DNA of 30,513 nt from Candidatus Xenobia bacterium (GTDB lineage: Bacteria > Vulcanimicrobiota > Xenobia > Xenobiales > QWHO01). Under the pieces are notes generated by a model. The model saw only the letters and a list, made by a program, of their open reading frames with translations. It searched no databases and was not told the DNA's origin. A program made the translations under genes and the position numbers. How positions within the stretch are numbered: position 1 is the first letter of the stretch; every line of letters starts with the position of its first letter. The stretch spans positions 1-30,513 of the forward strand of contig BTUM01000088.1 in the NCBI GenBank assembly GCA_045863235.1, read 5' to 3'. Shown here piece by piece: positions 1 to 9,100 of the stretch.

Positions 1-192
1 CGTCGCCCTGGCCGCGCCTGGCGTCTTCGTGGCCCTGCACACGCTTCTCGTCGCCCTGGCCGCGCCTGGCGTTTTCGTGGCCCTGCACACGCTTCTCGTC
101 GCCCTGGCCGCGCCTGGCATCTTCCCTGCCCTGCACGCGCTTCTCGTCGCCCTGGCCGCGCCTGGCGTCTTCCCTGCCCTGCACGCGCTTCT
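1..192. repeat. Coding tandem repeat, 48 nt x 4 (16-aa unit GQGDEKRVQG[H/R]E[D/N]ARR), probably continuing beyond the window
   Basis: cgtcgccctggccgcgcctggc recurs at 1, 49, 97 and 145, followed by degenerate copies to about 240. Confidence 0.95.
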
Positions 193-3100
193 CGTCACCC
201 TGGCGCCCTTCGTGACCACGCTTGTCATCGCCCTGACGGCTCTGGTGGCCGGCTTCTGGCCTTTCCACCTGCCGAGGTTCGCGGCCCTGCTCTCGGGAGC
301 CATCCACGCGCCCCGTCTGAAGTTGGCCACGCGAGGCATCCGGGTTTCTCACCCCTGCCTCAATCCCGCCAACGGTCTGACTCTGCCTGGCTTCCCCGCC
401 CACTACCGGGTCCTGACGACGGCTCTCGGATGGCCCTCCCAGGAGGTTGCCTTCCGGCTCCTTGCGTTCCGACTTGCTGTGGGCTCCACGACCGGCCTCC
501 ACTCCGCGCGGCCGGGAGGCCTGGCCCGAATCGCTCGACTTGCCGGCCTGGCCCGACCCGCCCGACTTGCCGGCCTGAGACGACCCGCCCGACTTACCGG
601 CCTGAGACGACCCGCCCGACTTACCGGCCTGAGACGACCCGCTCGACTTGCCGGCCTGAGACGACCCGCCCGACTTTCCGGCCTGGCCCGACCCGCCCGA
701 CTTACCGGCCTGAGACGACCCGCCCGACTTGCCGGCCTGGCCCGACCCGCCCGACTTTCCGGCCCGAGACGACCCGCCCGATTTGGAGCCACCAGAGCGG
801 GACGCCCCGCCAGCTTTCTTCGATCCACCCCCCGCGGCGCTTCTGGAGCCGCCCGCCTTCGAGCCGGAAGCGCCGCCTGCTTTGGAGCCACCGCCCGAGC
901 GACCGGCACCTTTGGATCCACCGCCCGAGCGCGAGCCTCCGGCTTTCTTGCCTCCACCCTTGCGCGCTCCACCGTTCGCCTTGGCGTGACCGCCCGAGGA
1001 GCTACGTTTCTTGCCACGCGAAGTCTGAGGGCTGCTCGAGCTTTTCTTGTTCGATTTGCGGGAGCGTCCTGAACCTCCACCGCGGGACTTGCCACCTCCC
1101 GAGGACTTGCCGCCGCTCGAAGGGGCGCTCACAGGGGCAGTCGGTTCAGGAATGGGGCTGAAATCGGCTCCCGCCGGGCGCACGCTGGTGGCGGCCCCGC
1201 CAGGCGAGATGCTGGATTCGCTCTTATCACGCGAGCCAGCGCCAGGAGCGGAGGCTGACCCGCCAGGGGCGATGCCGGACTCACCCCTGTCGCGCGAGGG
1301 GGCGGAGGCTGACCCGCCGGGCGCGATGTCACTCTTGCCGGCGCCCGGTTCACCTTTGCCCGCGCCCGGCGTCGAGACTCCGCCCGACTCGTTGCGGCCC
1401 GTGTTGGGGTCGAGCGCCTGCTCGACGGACAGGCCGGCCGGGCCCAGCTCGTTGATCAACGCATTCACCTCGCGCCCGGCGCTGTTGTCCGAGCGCCTGG
1501 CGTTGTCGACCTGCTCGACGCGGTTATCACCGGGGGTGTCCTCGCCCTGCCTCAGAGCCTGCTCGAGACGCTCGGACCAGCGGTCGAGGTCGAGGCTGCC
1601 AGGCGGGGGAGTGTTCTCCTGCTCCCGAGAATCGCGCGAATCGTCGGGTCGCCCACCCGCAATCATGCTGGGAACCCCGTGAACGGCCGCCGGGGCACGG
1701 TTCAAGTCGGAGTTGACCCCGGGCGCTCCTGGAGCGGGACCCTGACCTCCAGGCTTCTGAGCATTGGCACCAGGGATGGGCTGTGCTGGCGCGGAGCTTG
1801 CAGGCGGAGTGGGGGAGCCTGTTTTTGCCGGAGCCAGCCTCTGGCTCGCTGGCGCTGCGGGAGCAGAGCTCGTGCTTGCCGGAGCCAGCTTCTGGCTCGC
1901 TGGCGCTGAGGGAGCAGAGCTCGTGCCCGCCGGAGCCGGTGTCTGCGCCGCCGGCGCGGCGCCCGCCGTACGGGGTGCGTCGGTGCCCGCTCCCTGGCTT
2001 GCCGGAGTCGATCCTGTGCTCATGGCAGGCTGGCCTGCCCGAGCGGCAGGAGGGCGGAACGAGGCCGAGCCGTTGGCGTTGCCACCGGGTTGGCTGGCAG
2101 CGCTGTTGCCATTGGGACCCTGGCCGGGTTGCTGACGGTTGACCGGATGGCGCTGGTGATCGCCGGCCCGCCTGGGCCGGCGCAGCTTGCCCTGGCCCGG
2201 AGGATTCTGACGCGCGGTGTTCTCGGCCTCGATGCCCAGGGCCTTGCGTACCGCTTCGTCCGCGGCGGCGCCGGGGGGCAGGCGGCTGAGCTGGCCGGCC
2301 AGCTGGGCCAGCACTCGCTCGCGCACCTCGTTCTCCTGGCCGGGATTCAGCCGCTGCCCGTTCTGGCTTTCCATCGGGCGAGCCAGGGCGCGCTGCATGG
2401 AATCGCGCAGATTGCCGAGCGGGTTCTCGCCTTTCATCTGGCCGACCATGCGATCCAGGCCCTGGCGAGCCCAATCCTCGGGACGGTGATTGCCCTGCGG
2501 ATTGAGCCGCTGGTTGGCGGCTGAGAGCAGGCCGCTGACGGTCGAGCGAGCGGCTCCTGCGGCGGTGGGAGGCTGGACGGCGTTGCTGTTCGGCTGAGTG
2601 CTCACGCCCGGGTTGCCGTTGCCCGACGCGGGCACGGCGCCCCAGGCCGCCCCCAACTGGTTGACCAGCGAGGCAAACGAGTCTCGCTGACGCTGAAGTT
2701 GCTCGGCGCTCCGCTGGGGCTCTGGCTTGGGAGCAGAGGGACGGCTGCTCTGTTGCGTGGTCGCGGAGGCCGACCGGCTGGGACGCTGCACCTGGGTCTT
2801 GGGACGAGCGCTGGATCGAGGCTTGCTGGAATGGTGAGGGGCTCGATTCTCTTCCGGCTTGCGGCTTTCGTGACGCTGGACGCGCACCTGGGGGGAGCCG
2901 GCGCTGGTTCGGGAGGTCGTTCGGGGAGCGGAGATCTCCTTGCGGACCGGCTCGGTGGGGGCAGGGGCGGAGAGGTCCGGACGCCGCATTTCCGGGTGCA
3001 GTCCACCCGCCAGTGAGCTCCAGATCTGCTCCAGGCGCTTGTTGAGGTTCTCGGACTGGAGCTTTCCGTCGAATTTCTGGGGCTCGCGAACGGACTTGGA

Positions 3101-3289
3101 GCGCAGGTTGACATTCAGGGAGGAGGCCGTGATATTGCCAGTGGAGGGGGACTTGCTGGCCGAGTGGGAGGGGCGGGCCGGCGAGGAGTGAGAGGATCGT
3201 GCAGGCCCGGAACGGGAGGCCTGGGAAGCGGGGCGTGCGGGCGCTGAAGCCCGATGGCCTGAATTTCTGACGCTGTCAGAACGCCCCAA
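1..3289 (-). CDS. Very long low-complexity (Gly/Ser/Gln/Arg/Pro-rich) repeat protein, >=1096 aa, 3' end outside the window
   Basis: I checked by hand that this minus frame has no stop from 3367 down to base 1. GGAGG lies 7 nt before a TTG at 3289 (alternative GTG at 3295). Reads MGRSDSVRNSGHRASAPARP...SENLNKRLEQIWSSLAGG...EVRERVLAQLAGQLSRL...(KSGGSSQAG)n...(GQGDEKRVQGHEDARR)n. All tandem repeat periods are multiples of 3. Missing from the ORF track, probably because it has no stop in the window. Confidence 0.85.
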   Translation of the reverse strand, partial: MGRSDSVRNSGHRASAPARPASQASRSGPARSSHSSPARPSHSASKSPSTGNITASSLNVNLRSKSVREPQKFDGKLQSENLNKRLEQIWSSLAGGLHPEMRRPDLSAPAPTEPVRKEISAPRTTSRTSAGSPQVRVQRHESRKPEENRAPHHSSKPRSSARPKTQVQRPSRSASATTQQSSRPSAPKPEPQRSAEQLQRQRDSFASLVNQLGAAWGAVPASGNGNPGVSTQPNSNAVQPPTAAGAARSTVSGLLSAANQRLNPQGNHRPEDWARQGLDRMVGQMKGENPLGNLRDSMQRALARPMESQNGQRLNPGQENEVRERVLAQLAGQLSRLPPGAAADEAVRKALGIEAENTARQNPPGQGKLRRPRRAGDHQRHPVNRQQPGQGPNGNSAASQPGGNANGSASFRPPAARAGQPAMSTGSTPASQGAGTDAPRTAGAAPAAQTPAPAGTSSAPSAPASQKLAPASTSSAPAAPASQRLAPAKTGSPTPPASSAPAQPIPGANAQKPGGQGPAPGAPGVNSDLNRAPAAVHGVPSMIAGGRPDDSRDSREQENTPPPGSLDLDRWSERLEQALRQGEDTPGDNRVEQVDNARRSDNSAGREVNALINELGPAGLSVEQALDPNTGRNESGGVSTPGAGKGEPGAGKSDIAPGGSASAPSRDRGESGIAPGGSASAPGAGSRDKSESSISPGGAATSVRPAGADFSPIPEPTAPVSAPSSGGKSSGGGKSRGGGSGRSRKSNKKSSSSPQTSRGKKRSSSGGHAKANGGARKGGGKKAGGSRSGGGSKGAGRSGGGSKAGGASGSKAGGSRSAAGGGSKKAGGASRSGGSKSGGSSRAGKSGGSGQAGKSGGSSQAGKSGGSGQAGKSGGSSQAGKSSGSSQAGKSGGSSQAGKSGGSSQAGKSGGSGQAGKSSDSGQASRPRGVEAGRGAHSKSERKEPEGNLLGGPSESRRQDPVVGGEARQSQTVGGIEAGVRNPDASRGQLQTGRVDGSREQGREPRQVERPEAGHQSRQGDDKRGHEGRQGDEKRVQGREDARRGQGDEKRVQGREDARRGQGDEKRVQGHENARRGQGDEKRVQGHEDARRGQGD
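518..787. repeat. Coding tandem repeat, 27 nt x 10 (9-aa unit KSGGS[S/G]QAG)
   Basis: Unit ggcctg(aga/gcc)cgacccgcccgactt(a/g/t)cc with period 27, unit starts from 518 to 761. Confidence 0.95.
1828..1938. repeat. Coding tandem repeat, 51 nt x ~2.2 (17-aa Ala/Pro/Ser unit)
   Basis: ccggagcc starts at 1828, 1879 and 1930 with near-identical sequence between them. Confidence 0.85.
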
Positions 3290-3309
3290 AGCCACACCTC
3301 CGCAAGTCC

Positions 3310-3450
3310 TCAGCCCGTCCCCACTGTAAAGTACTAAAAGATTGCCGATTTTTCTCTGTTGCAATCGTTAAAAGGTTACGCAGATCGTTACCATTTTGTT
3401 GACAAATTTTGCTTTCTTGTAAACCGATCGCAGGGCGGAGCCCCGCCCGT
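3310..3450. promoter_or_regulatory. AT-rich divergent promoter region
   Basis: Clear AT-rich island between divergent genes. TTGACA at 3399-3404, direct repeat ATCGTTA at 3364 and 3384, small hairpin GGGCGG-agcc-CCGCCC at 3433-3448. Exact promoters are not resolved. Confidence 0.5.
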
Positions 3451-3578
3451 CCACACTTTGATCCAAAACGACCTCCGGGATGCCTTCTGAAGGAGCGGAA
3501 CAAGCGGGTCGAGAAGCGCAGGCGAATCTCCACGCGGCCAGGGCGCCGCGAACCCCTGAGCGCAACTGGAGGGGCCTC

Positions 3579-4121
3579 ATGGCGCGGAAAATGGCTCTGG
3601 CCGCGGTAGGCCGCGATTGTCCCGGAATCGTCTCGGCGGTCAGCCGGGTGCTCTATCAGCACGGCTGCAACCTGGAAGACTCCTCCATGACCATCCTGCG
3701 AGGCGAGTTCGCCATGATCTTGATCGTGGCGGTGCCGCAGGAGAGCTCACTGGATGCCCTGCGCTCCGACCTCGAGCGAGCAGCCGATCACCTGCAGCTC
3801 GTGCTCTCCTTCCGGGAATTGCCCGATACCCAGCGCGAGCCGACCGAGCCGGGGGGGCTGCCCTATATCCTGTCGGTCTACGGGGCCGATCACCCGGGCA
3901 TCGTGGCCCGGGTCACCGAGCTCCTGGCGAACAACAACATCAACATCACCGACGTGAACACCCGGGTGGTGGGGGGCAAGGATCCGGTCTACATCATGCT
4001 GCTCGAGGTCGAAGTGCCCGAGCGGTTGTCCCCCGACGTGCTCTCGGACATGCTCAGCAGGCTCGCTCAGGAGCTGCGGGTCGAGATCACCTTCCGGCCG
4101 CTGGAGACGGCCAATCTGTAG
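3579..4121 (+). CDS. Tandem ACT-domain protein, glycine cleavage system regulator (GcvR)-like, 180 aa
   Basis: Two ACT motifs, GRDCPGIV...NLEDSSMTIL and GADHPGIV...NITDVNT. GGAGG precedes ATG 3579, so the track start at 3480 looks over-extended. Confidence 0.85.
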   Translation: MARKMALAAVGRDCPGIVSAVSRVLYQHGCNLEDSSMTILRGEFAMILIVAVPQESSLDALRSDLERAADHLQLVLSFRELPDTQREPTEPGGLPYILSVYGADHPGIVARVTELLANNNINITDVNTRVVGGKDPVYIMLLEVEVPERLSPDVLSDMLSRLAQELRVEITFRPLETANL

Positions 4122-4682
4122 ATGGCCGTTCGCGATATCCTTCTTTATCCTGACCCGGTGCTCAAGCAGGTGTGCCGCCCGGTGCAAGAGTTCACGACCG
4201 AGATTCGCGCCCTGCTCGAGGATCTGGTGGACACGATGAAGGCCAGCCCGGGAGTTGGCCTGGCCGCTCCTCAGATCGGCTCCACCTGGCGTGCCATCAC
4301 GGTGGATGTCACTCCCAAGCATCCTGGCCACGGGCTGGTGGTCCTGGTGAATCCCGAGATTGTGCTGCTCGAGGGCACCCGGACCATCCGCGAGGGGTGC
4401 CTGTCCATTCCCGATTACACCGCCAACGTCCGCCGGGCCGAGCGTTGCGTGGTTCGCGGGCTGGACATGATGGGTCACCCTTTCGTCTGCGAGTCGACCG
4501 GCCTGGAGGCGATCTGCCTGCAGCATGAGGTCGATCACCTGGACGGCATCCTCTTTCTCGATCGCGTTGCTTGCCTCAAGACGGACGTCTTCGGCCGCAA
4601 GGGGGTCAAGCCTCGCTTCCAACCCGAGGACCATCCTCGGCTGGTAGGGAAGGCGCCGGCCCCGTCCACGGGGAAAGAGTAG
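4122..4682 (+). CDS. def: Peptide deformylase
   Basis: All three PDF motifs are present: GVGLAAPQIG, EGCLS, QHEVDHLDG. Abuts the upstream stop (TAG-ATG). Confidence 0.97.
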   Translation: MAVRDILLYPDPVLKQVCRPVQEFTTEIRALLEDLVDTMKASPGVGLAAPQIGSTWRAITVDVTPKHPGHGLVVLVNPEIVLLEGTRTIREGCLSIPDYTANVRRAERCVVRGLDMMGHPFVCESTGLEAICLQHEVDHLDGILFLDRVACLKTDVFGRKGVKPRFQPEDHPRLVGKAPAPSTGKE

Positions 4683-4685
4683 GCC

Positions 4686-5315
4686 ATGCTTCGTATCGTC
4701 ATCCTGTTTGGTGTGATCACCCTGCTCGAAGTCTACGCCTTCATTTCCTATCGCAACCACCCCATCGTCCAGCCAGGCTGGTTCTCCTACCTGCTCTCGC
4801 TGATCAAGCTGGCGATGTGCTGGGGCGGTATCGAAGCTGCCCGCTGGCTCTTGCGCAAGTCGCCTATCGCTCGCCGCGGAGCGGGCAACGACTGGACGCG
4901 CCTCTGGCTCTGGCTGGGGCCTCCTGGTGGCCTCCTCATGTGCCTGGCCTGCCTGCTTGGCTGGCTGGCGGCCACGCTCACTCCGGGGCGCCTGGCCGGT
5001 CCCCTGGTTGTGGCGCACGCCGCCGCGGGGGCTCTGTCCTGGCTGATCGCGGCTCCCTGGGTGCTCAAGGAGATCTTTGGCTCCACCTCCCGAACCGAGA
5101 AGGTTGTTTTGTGGCTGGGCCTCTTGACCCACCTCAGTGGCATGGCCCTCTACATCTGGGTCTATCCGGGCAAGGCGCTGTCGCCACTTTCCATTCTGGG
5201 AAGCCTGCTCTTTTATTACTTCATTCTCTACCACATCATGTTGAGCTGTCTGCTGCTGGCCGGCCTTTTCAAGGTCTGGAAGCCTCAGCTGGCAGCTCCG
5301 GAAGAGGGCGAGTAG
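4686..5315 (+). CDS. Hypothetical multi-pass membrane protein, 209 aa
   Basis: About 5-6 hydrophobic segments, tightly packed between def and the PilZ gene. Confidence 0.75.
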   Translation: MLRIVILFGVITLLEVYAFISYRNHPIVQPGWFSYLLSLIKLAMCWGGIEAARWLLRKSPIARRGAGNDWTRLWLWLGPPGGLLMCLACLLGWLAATLTPGRLAGPLVVAHAAAGALSWLIAAPWVLKEIFGSTSRTEKVVLWLGLLTHLSGMALYIWVYPGKALSPLSILGSLLFYYFILYHIMLSCLLLAGLFKVWKPQLAAPEEGE

Positions 5316-6098
5316 ATGCTCAAGGGGCTCATCGGGGGGTTCAAGTCCCTGGTCTCGGCCGCAGGCGGGGGTGGCTCGGCTGACTTTGGCGAGCGTCGCA
5401 AGCTGGTCCGGTTGCGCTGTCATTACGATGTGATGGTGCAACAGGTCGAGGAGGGCCAGAAGAAGATCCAGGGCCAGAAGAAGTTCAAGGGCATCGTGGT
5501 GGAGATGGGCCTCGAAGGCATGCGCCTGCGCTGTTTCGAGCCGGTCAAGAAGGGTTTGCTGATCGACGTGCACTATGTGGTGCCAATCCTCAGCGCGGAA
5601 GTCTCCACCGTGCGCTGCGAGGTGGTCTGGTCGCGCCAGCGTGAGAAGGATTTTGTCACCTTCGTGGGCGTGCGCTACGTCTCCGACAAGAAGGACATGG
5701 CCCGTTCATGGGTCAAAGCCTTGCTGCACGAGCTTGGCTTCAAGCCCGAGCTGATCCACCAGAAGCGACGCAACTTCCGAGCTGATTGTTTCATTCCCGC
5801 CTACTATGTCACTCGGGCGGGCGAGAGCTACCAGAGCAAGCTCTACAATCTGGGCATTACCGGGGCCTTGCTCGAGGCCGGCAAGGACCTGCCCAAGGGC
5901 GAGGTGCTCGACCTGCGCATCGGTCCCTACGAGAGCCTGGCCATGTTTGCCGTTCAGGCCAATGTGGTCCAATGCCGGCGTCAGCCGGGCAGCCGCCTGT
6001 ACCAGGCCGGAGTGAACTTCCAGGAGCTCAATAACCGTCACATGAAGTCGCTGACCGACTATCTCAAGCTGTTGATGGCCGAGAGTTGGAGCGAGTAG
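5316..6098 (+). CDS. Tandem PilZ-domain protein (putative c-di-GMP receptor)
   Basis: Two RxxxR motifs (ERRKLVRL, KRRNFRA), each followed by a variant D/NxSxxG motif (EMGLEG, NLGITG) and PilZ-like ends (CEVVW...GVRY, ANVVQ...GVNF). Confidence 0.85.
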   Translation: MLKGLIGGFKSLVSAAGGGGSADFGERRKLVRLRCHYDVMVQQVEEGQKKIQGQKKFKGIVVEMGLEGMRLRCFEPVKKGLLIDVHYVVPILSAEVSTVRCEVVWSRQREKDFVTFVGVRYVSDKKDMARSWVKALLHELGFKPELIHQKRRNFRADCFIPAYYVTRAGESYQSKLYNLGITGALLEAGKDLPKGEVLDLRIGPYESLAMFAVQANVVQCRRQPGSRLYQAGVNFQELNNRHMKSLTDYLKLLMAESWSE

Positions 6099-6137
6099 CT
6101 TGAAAGGAATCCCATCTCCCGGTCGGAACATGCTGAG

Positions 6138-9100
6138 GTGCGCGGAGCCCTTTCGCTCTTCCTGGTCCTGACTTTGCTGACCGCCTCTGTGGCGGCCCTT
6201 CCTGCGGAAGAATGGCAGACGGCCAACCAGGCTTATCGCAAGCAATCCTACCGACTTGCCCTGGAGGCTTATCGGCGTTTCCTGCGGCAGGCCAAGCCCA
6301 CCGACCCGCTCCGCCCCGAGGCCTCGCTCCAGGTCGCCCGCTGTTATGAGAAGCTGAAGCAGCCCGAGCGCGAGCGCGAGTGGCTGGAGGAATGGCTCGA
6401 GAAAGCTCCCCCGGGTCTGGATGCGGCTCGTGGTTGGCTGTTGCTGGCCGGCCTCGAGACCGATTCAGCCCGGCGCAGAGCCTGCTACGGGAAGGTCATC
6501 GCCTGGCTGGAGAAGCGCGACGACGGCCTTAGAGAGCTGGTGCAGGCCTACATCGGCCGGGCCAACTGCCGGGGCAAGTCGGCCAGTGTCGAGCGCGATC
6601 TGCGCTCTGCCCTGGCCTTGGACCCCGCCGCCCGCTACAGCGCCCAGGCCTTTCTTGACCTCGCCAGCCACTATCGTTACCAGCTGGACAGTCCCATCCG
6701 GGCTCTGGAAATCCTGCACGAGCTGGCCCTACTTCGGCCCGGCACTCCTGAGGGGGCCGAAGCCCTGCTTGAGGAGGCGCGCATCTTTGACGAGCTGGAG
6801 CGCTACCCGGAGGCGCTCGAGACCATCGAGCAGCTCCTCTCCACCGCGCCCTCCCTTCCGGCTGCGCGCGAGGCGGCGGAGCTGCGCGATGAGATCCGCG
6901 GCCCCTGGCTGGAGCTGGTGGGCCAGATGCTGACCTCCTCTGAGCAAGCCGATCTGAGCCTGCGGGCCCGCAATCTCGAGCAGGTCGAAGTCGCCGTCTA
7001 CCGGGTCGACCTGGTGCAGCTGCTCAAGCGAGAGGGTACCCTCGAGGCGGCTCGCTTGCCAGTCAGTGGTCAGCCTCTGACCGAGCAGAAGCTGTCCATT
7101 CAGCCACGGGCTCCCCACGCCCTCTATGAGGCGCGCCTGCCCATTCCCCTGGAGAAACCGGGCGCCTACCTGGTGCAGGCTCGTTCTGGCGCCCGTACGG
7201 CGGCGGCCCTGTTGGTGCGCTCGCATCTTCGCTTCTTCCAGGGCGATGGTCAGGTTCTCTGGCTGGTGGATTCTCAGACCGGTCGCCCAGTCTCGAAGGC
7301 CGAGATCTGGCAGGCCTATCTGGGCGAGAAGGGCTATGAGCAGCTCCGTCCCAGCGCGCTGCGTGAAGGTGGGCTGGTAGCCCTCGATTTCAGCGAGCGG
7401 CCGGGTCTGGTGCTGGCCCGGGTGGCTGATGAGTACGCCTGGGCCGAGCTGCAGGGTACTCGCCAGCCCGCCAAGGAAGGCTTGGTGTTGACCGACCGCC
7501 CCCTCTATCGTCCCGGTCAGAAAGTCCACTATCAAGCGATTCTGCGCACCCGGCTGGGTGGCGACGCCCTGCGTACTCCGGCGGGAGAATCCTTTCGGGT
7601 GCAACTGGTCGACCCGAGCGGCAACCGTCTGCTGGATCTCAACCGTGAGGCCGGGCCGAGTGGCCTGGTCAGCGGCGAGGTCACCCTGGCCCCCGAGGCG
7701 GCCCACGGACGCTACCGCCTGGAGCTGTTGCAGAACGGATGGCGCTGTGCCGGCGGTAGCTTTCGCGTGGAGGAGCTTCGCAAGGAAGAGTTCGAGCTGA
7801 CCATCGAGCCGGGTCGTGGGCACTATCAGGACGGGCAGGTGGCCGAGTTGACCGTTTCGGCCCGATACCCGACCGGGCAGCCGGTGGCCCGAGGCGAGCT
7901 GGTCTGGCGGGCGAAGCGGCTCGAGCTTCTGGCCCCAGCGCTCTCTGCGCCGGGCCTGGAGTGGTTTTCACCAATCCGCTTGCCCAGCCGGGGCGGTGCT
8001 CTGGTGGCTGAGGGTCGCACCGGCCTCGATGAGGCCGGCCGGGCCCGGGCGCGGCTTCCGATTCGCCTGGACCAGCCGGTGCCCGACGCTCTCTACCGTT
8101 ACACGGTCGAGGCCGAAGTGCGTGACCGGGGGCGGCGTTCGGAGGTCACCAGCACTTCGCTCCTGGCTTCAACTCGCTCGGCCTATCTGACGGTTCGTTC
8201 CCAGCGAGTCTTCTGGTCCACGGGCTCGGAGGCCGAGTTGGATGCCGAAGCGGTTGATGTGTCGGGCCGCCCGATCTCGCTGAAGGCCACCTGGGTTCTC
8301 TCGCGCTGGGCTCAATCAGCCCGCTTCGAGCGGCAAGCCTCGGGCCAGGTCGAGCTCAAGGAGGGCCGTGGGCGCTTCCGGTGGAGAGCCGAGCAGCCGG
8401 GCTTCTACCGCGTCGAGCTGCAAGCAAGCGACCAGGAGGGCCGGCCGATTCGAGCCGCCGAGACTTTTCAGGTCGGCGAGGAAGGTCGCCTCTTCCAGTA
8501 CGGGGGCGTGCAGGTGGTGAGCGACCGCGAGCTTTACCAGGTGGGAGATCTGGCCGAGCTGGTGATCACCACCAACCAGCCCGCTATGGACGTGCTGCTT
8601 CTCCTGGGCGACTCCCGGCGGATGGTCGTGCACTGTCCCCAGAAGCTGACTCGGCTCCAGCTGCCCGTCGGAGCCGACCTGGCTCCCTCATTTTCGCTGC
8701 GAGCGGTCGCCATGCAGAACGGCACCTGGCTCGAGTATGAGCGCGAGGTGCTGGCCGCCAATACGCCAGGAGTGCTGAATGTGCGGGTTCAGCCGTCGCC
8801 AGACCAGAAGCCCGATGAGGAAGGCCTGATCGAGCTTTCCGTCTCGGATGCGCGGGGGGCCGCCGTCGCCGGGGCCGAGGTCACGGTGGCCGTTGCGGAT
8901 GCTTCCGTCTTCCTGCAAGAGGAGCCAGTGAACCTGGTCCGAGCTTTCTTTGGTCGACGCCCTGTGTTTGTCATGCAAAAAGAGCCGGTCCGATTTCCTC
9001 CCCGTGAGTACCACCCCGATACGGCCCTGTTTCGAACCGTGCGCACCGGACCGGACGGCACGGCCAGAGTGAAGGTACCCTACCCGGATTCCCTGACCAC

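Noticed and set aside
29..3297. Track ORFs at 29-1072, 403-1095, 430-1161, 1047-1682, 1527-2474, 2090-2524 and 2602-3114
   Set aside because: Antisense or off-frame shadows of the single long minus-strand repeat ORF; GC-rich repeats lack stops in several frames.
3326..3352. Sigma28-like promoter TAAAGTAC...GCCGATTT on the plus strand
   Set aside because: Spacing is 2 nt shorter than consensus and the site lies about 230 nt from the next start; not supportable.
3430..3578. Glycine or other riboswitch upstream of the GcvR-like gene
   Set aside because: Only a 6-bp hairpin is visible and I recognised no conserved aptamer motifs. An Rfam scan would settle it.
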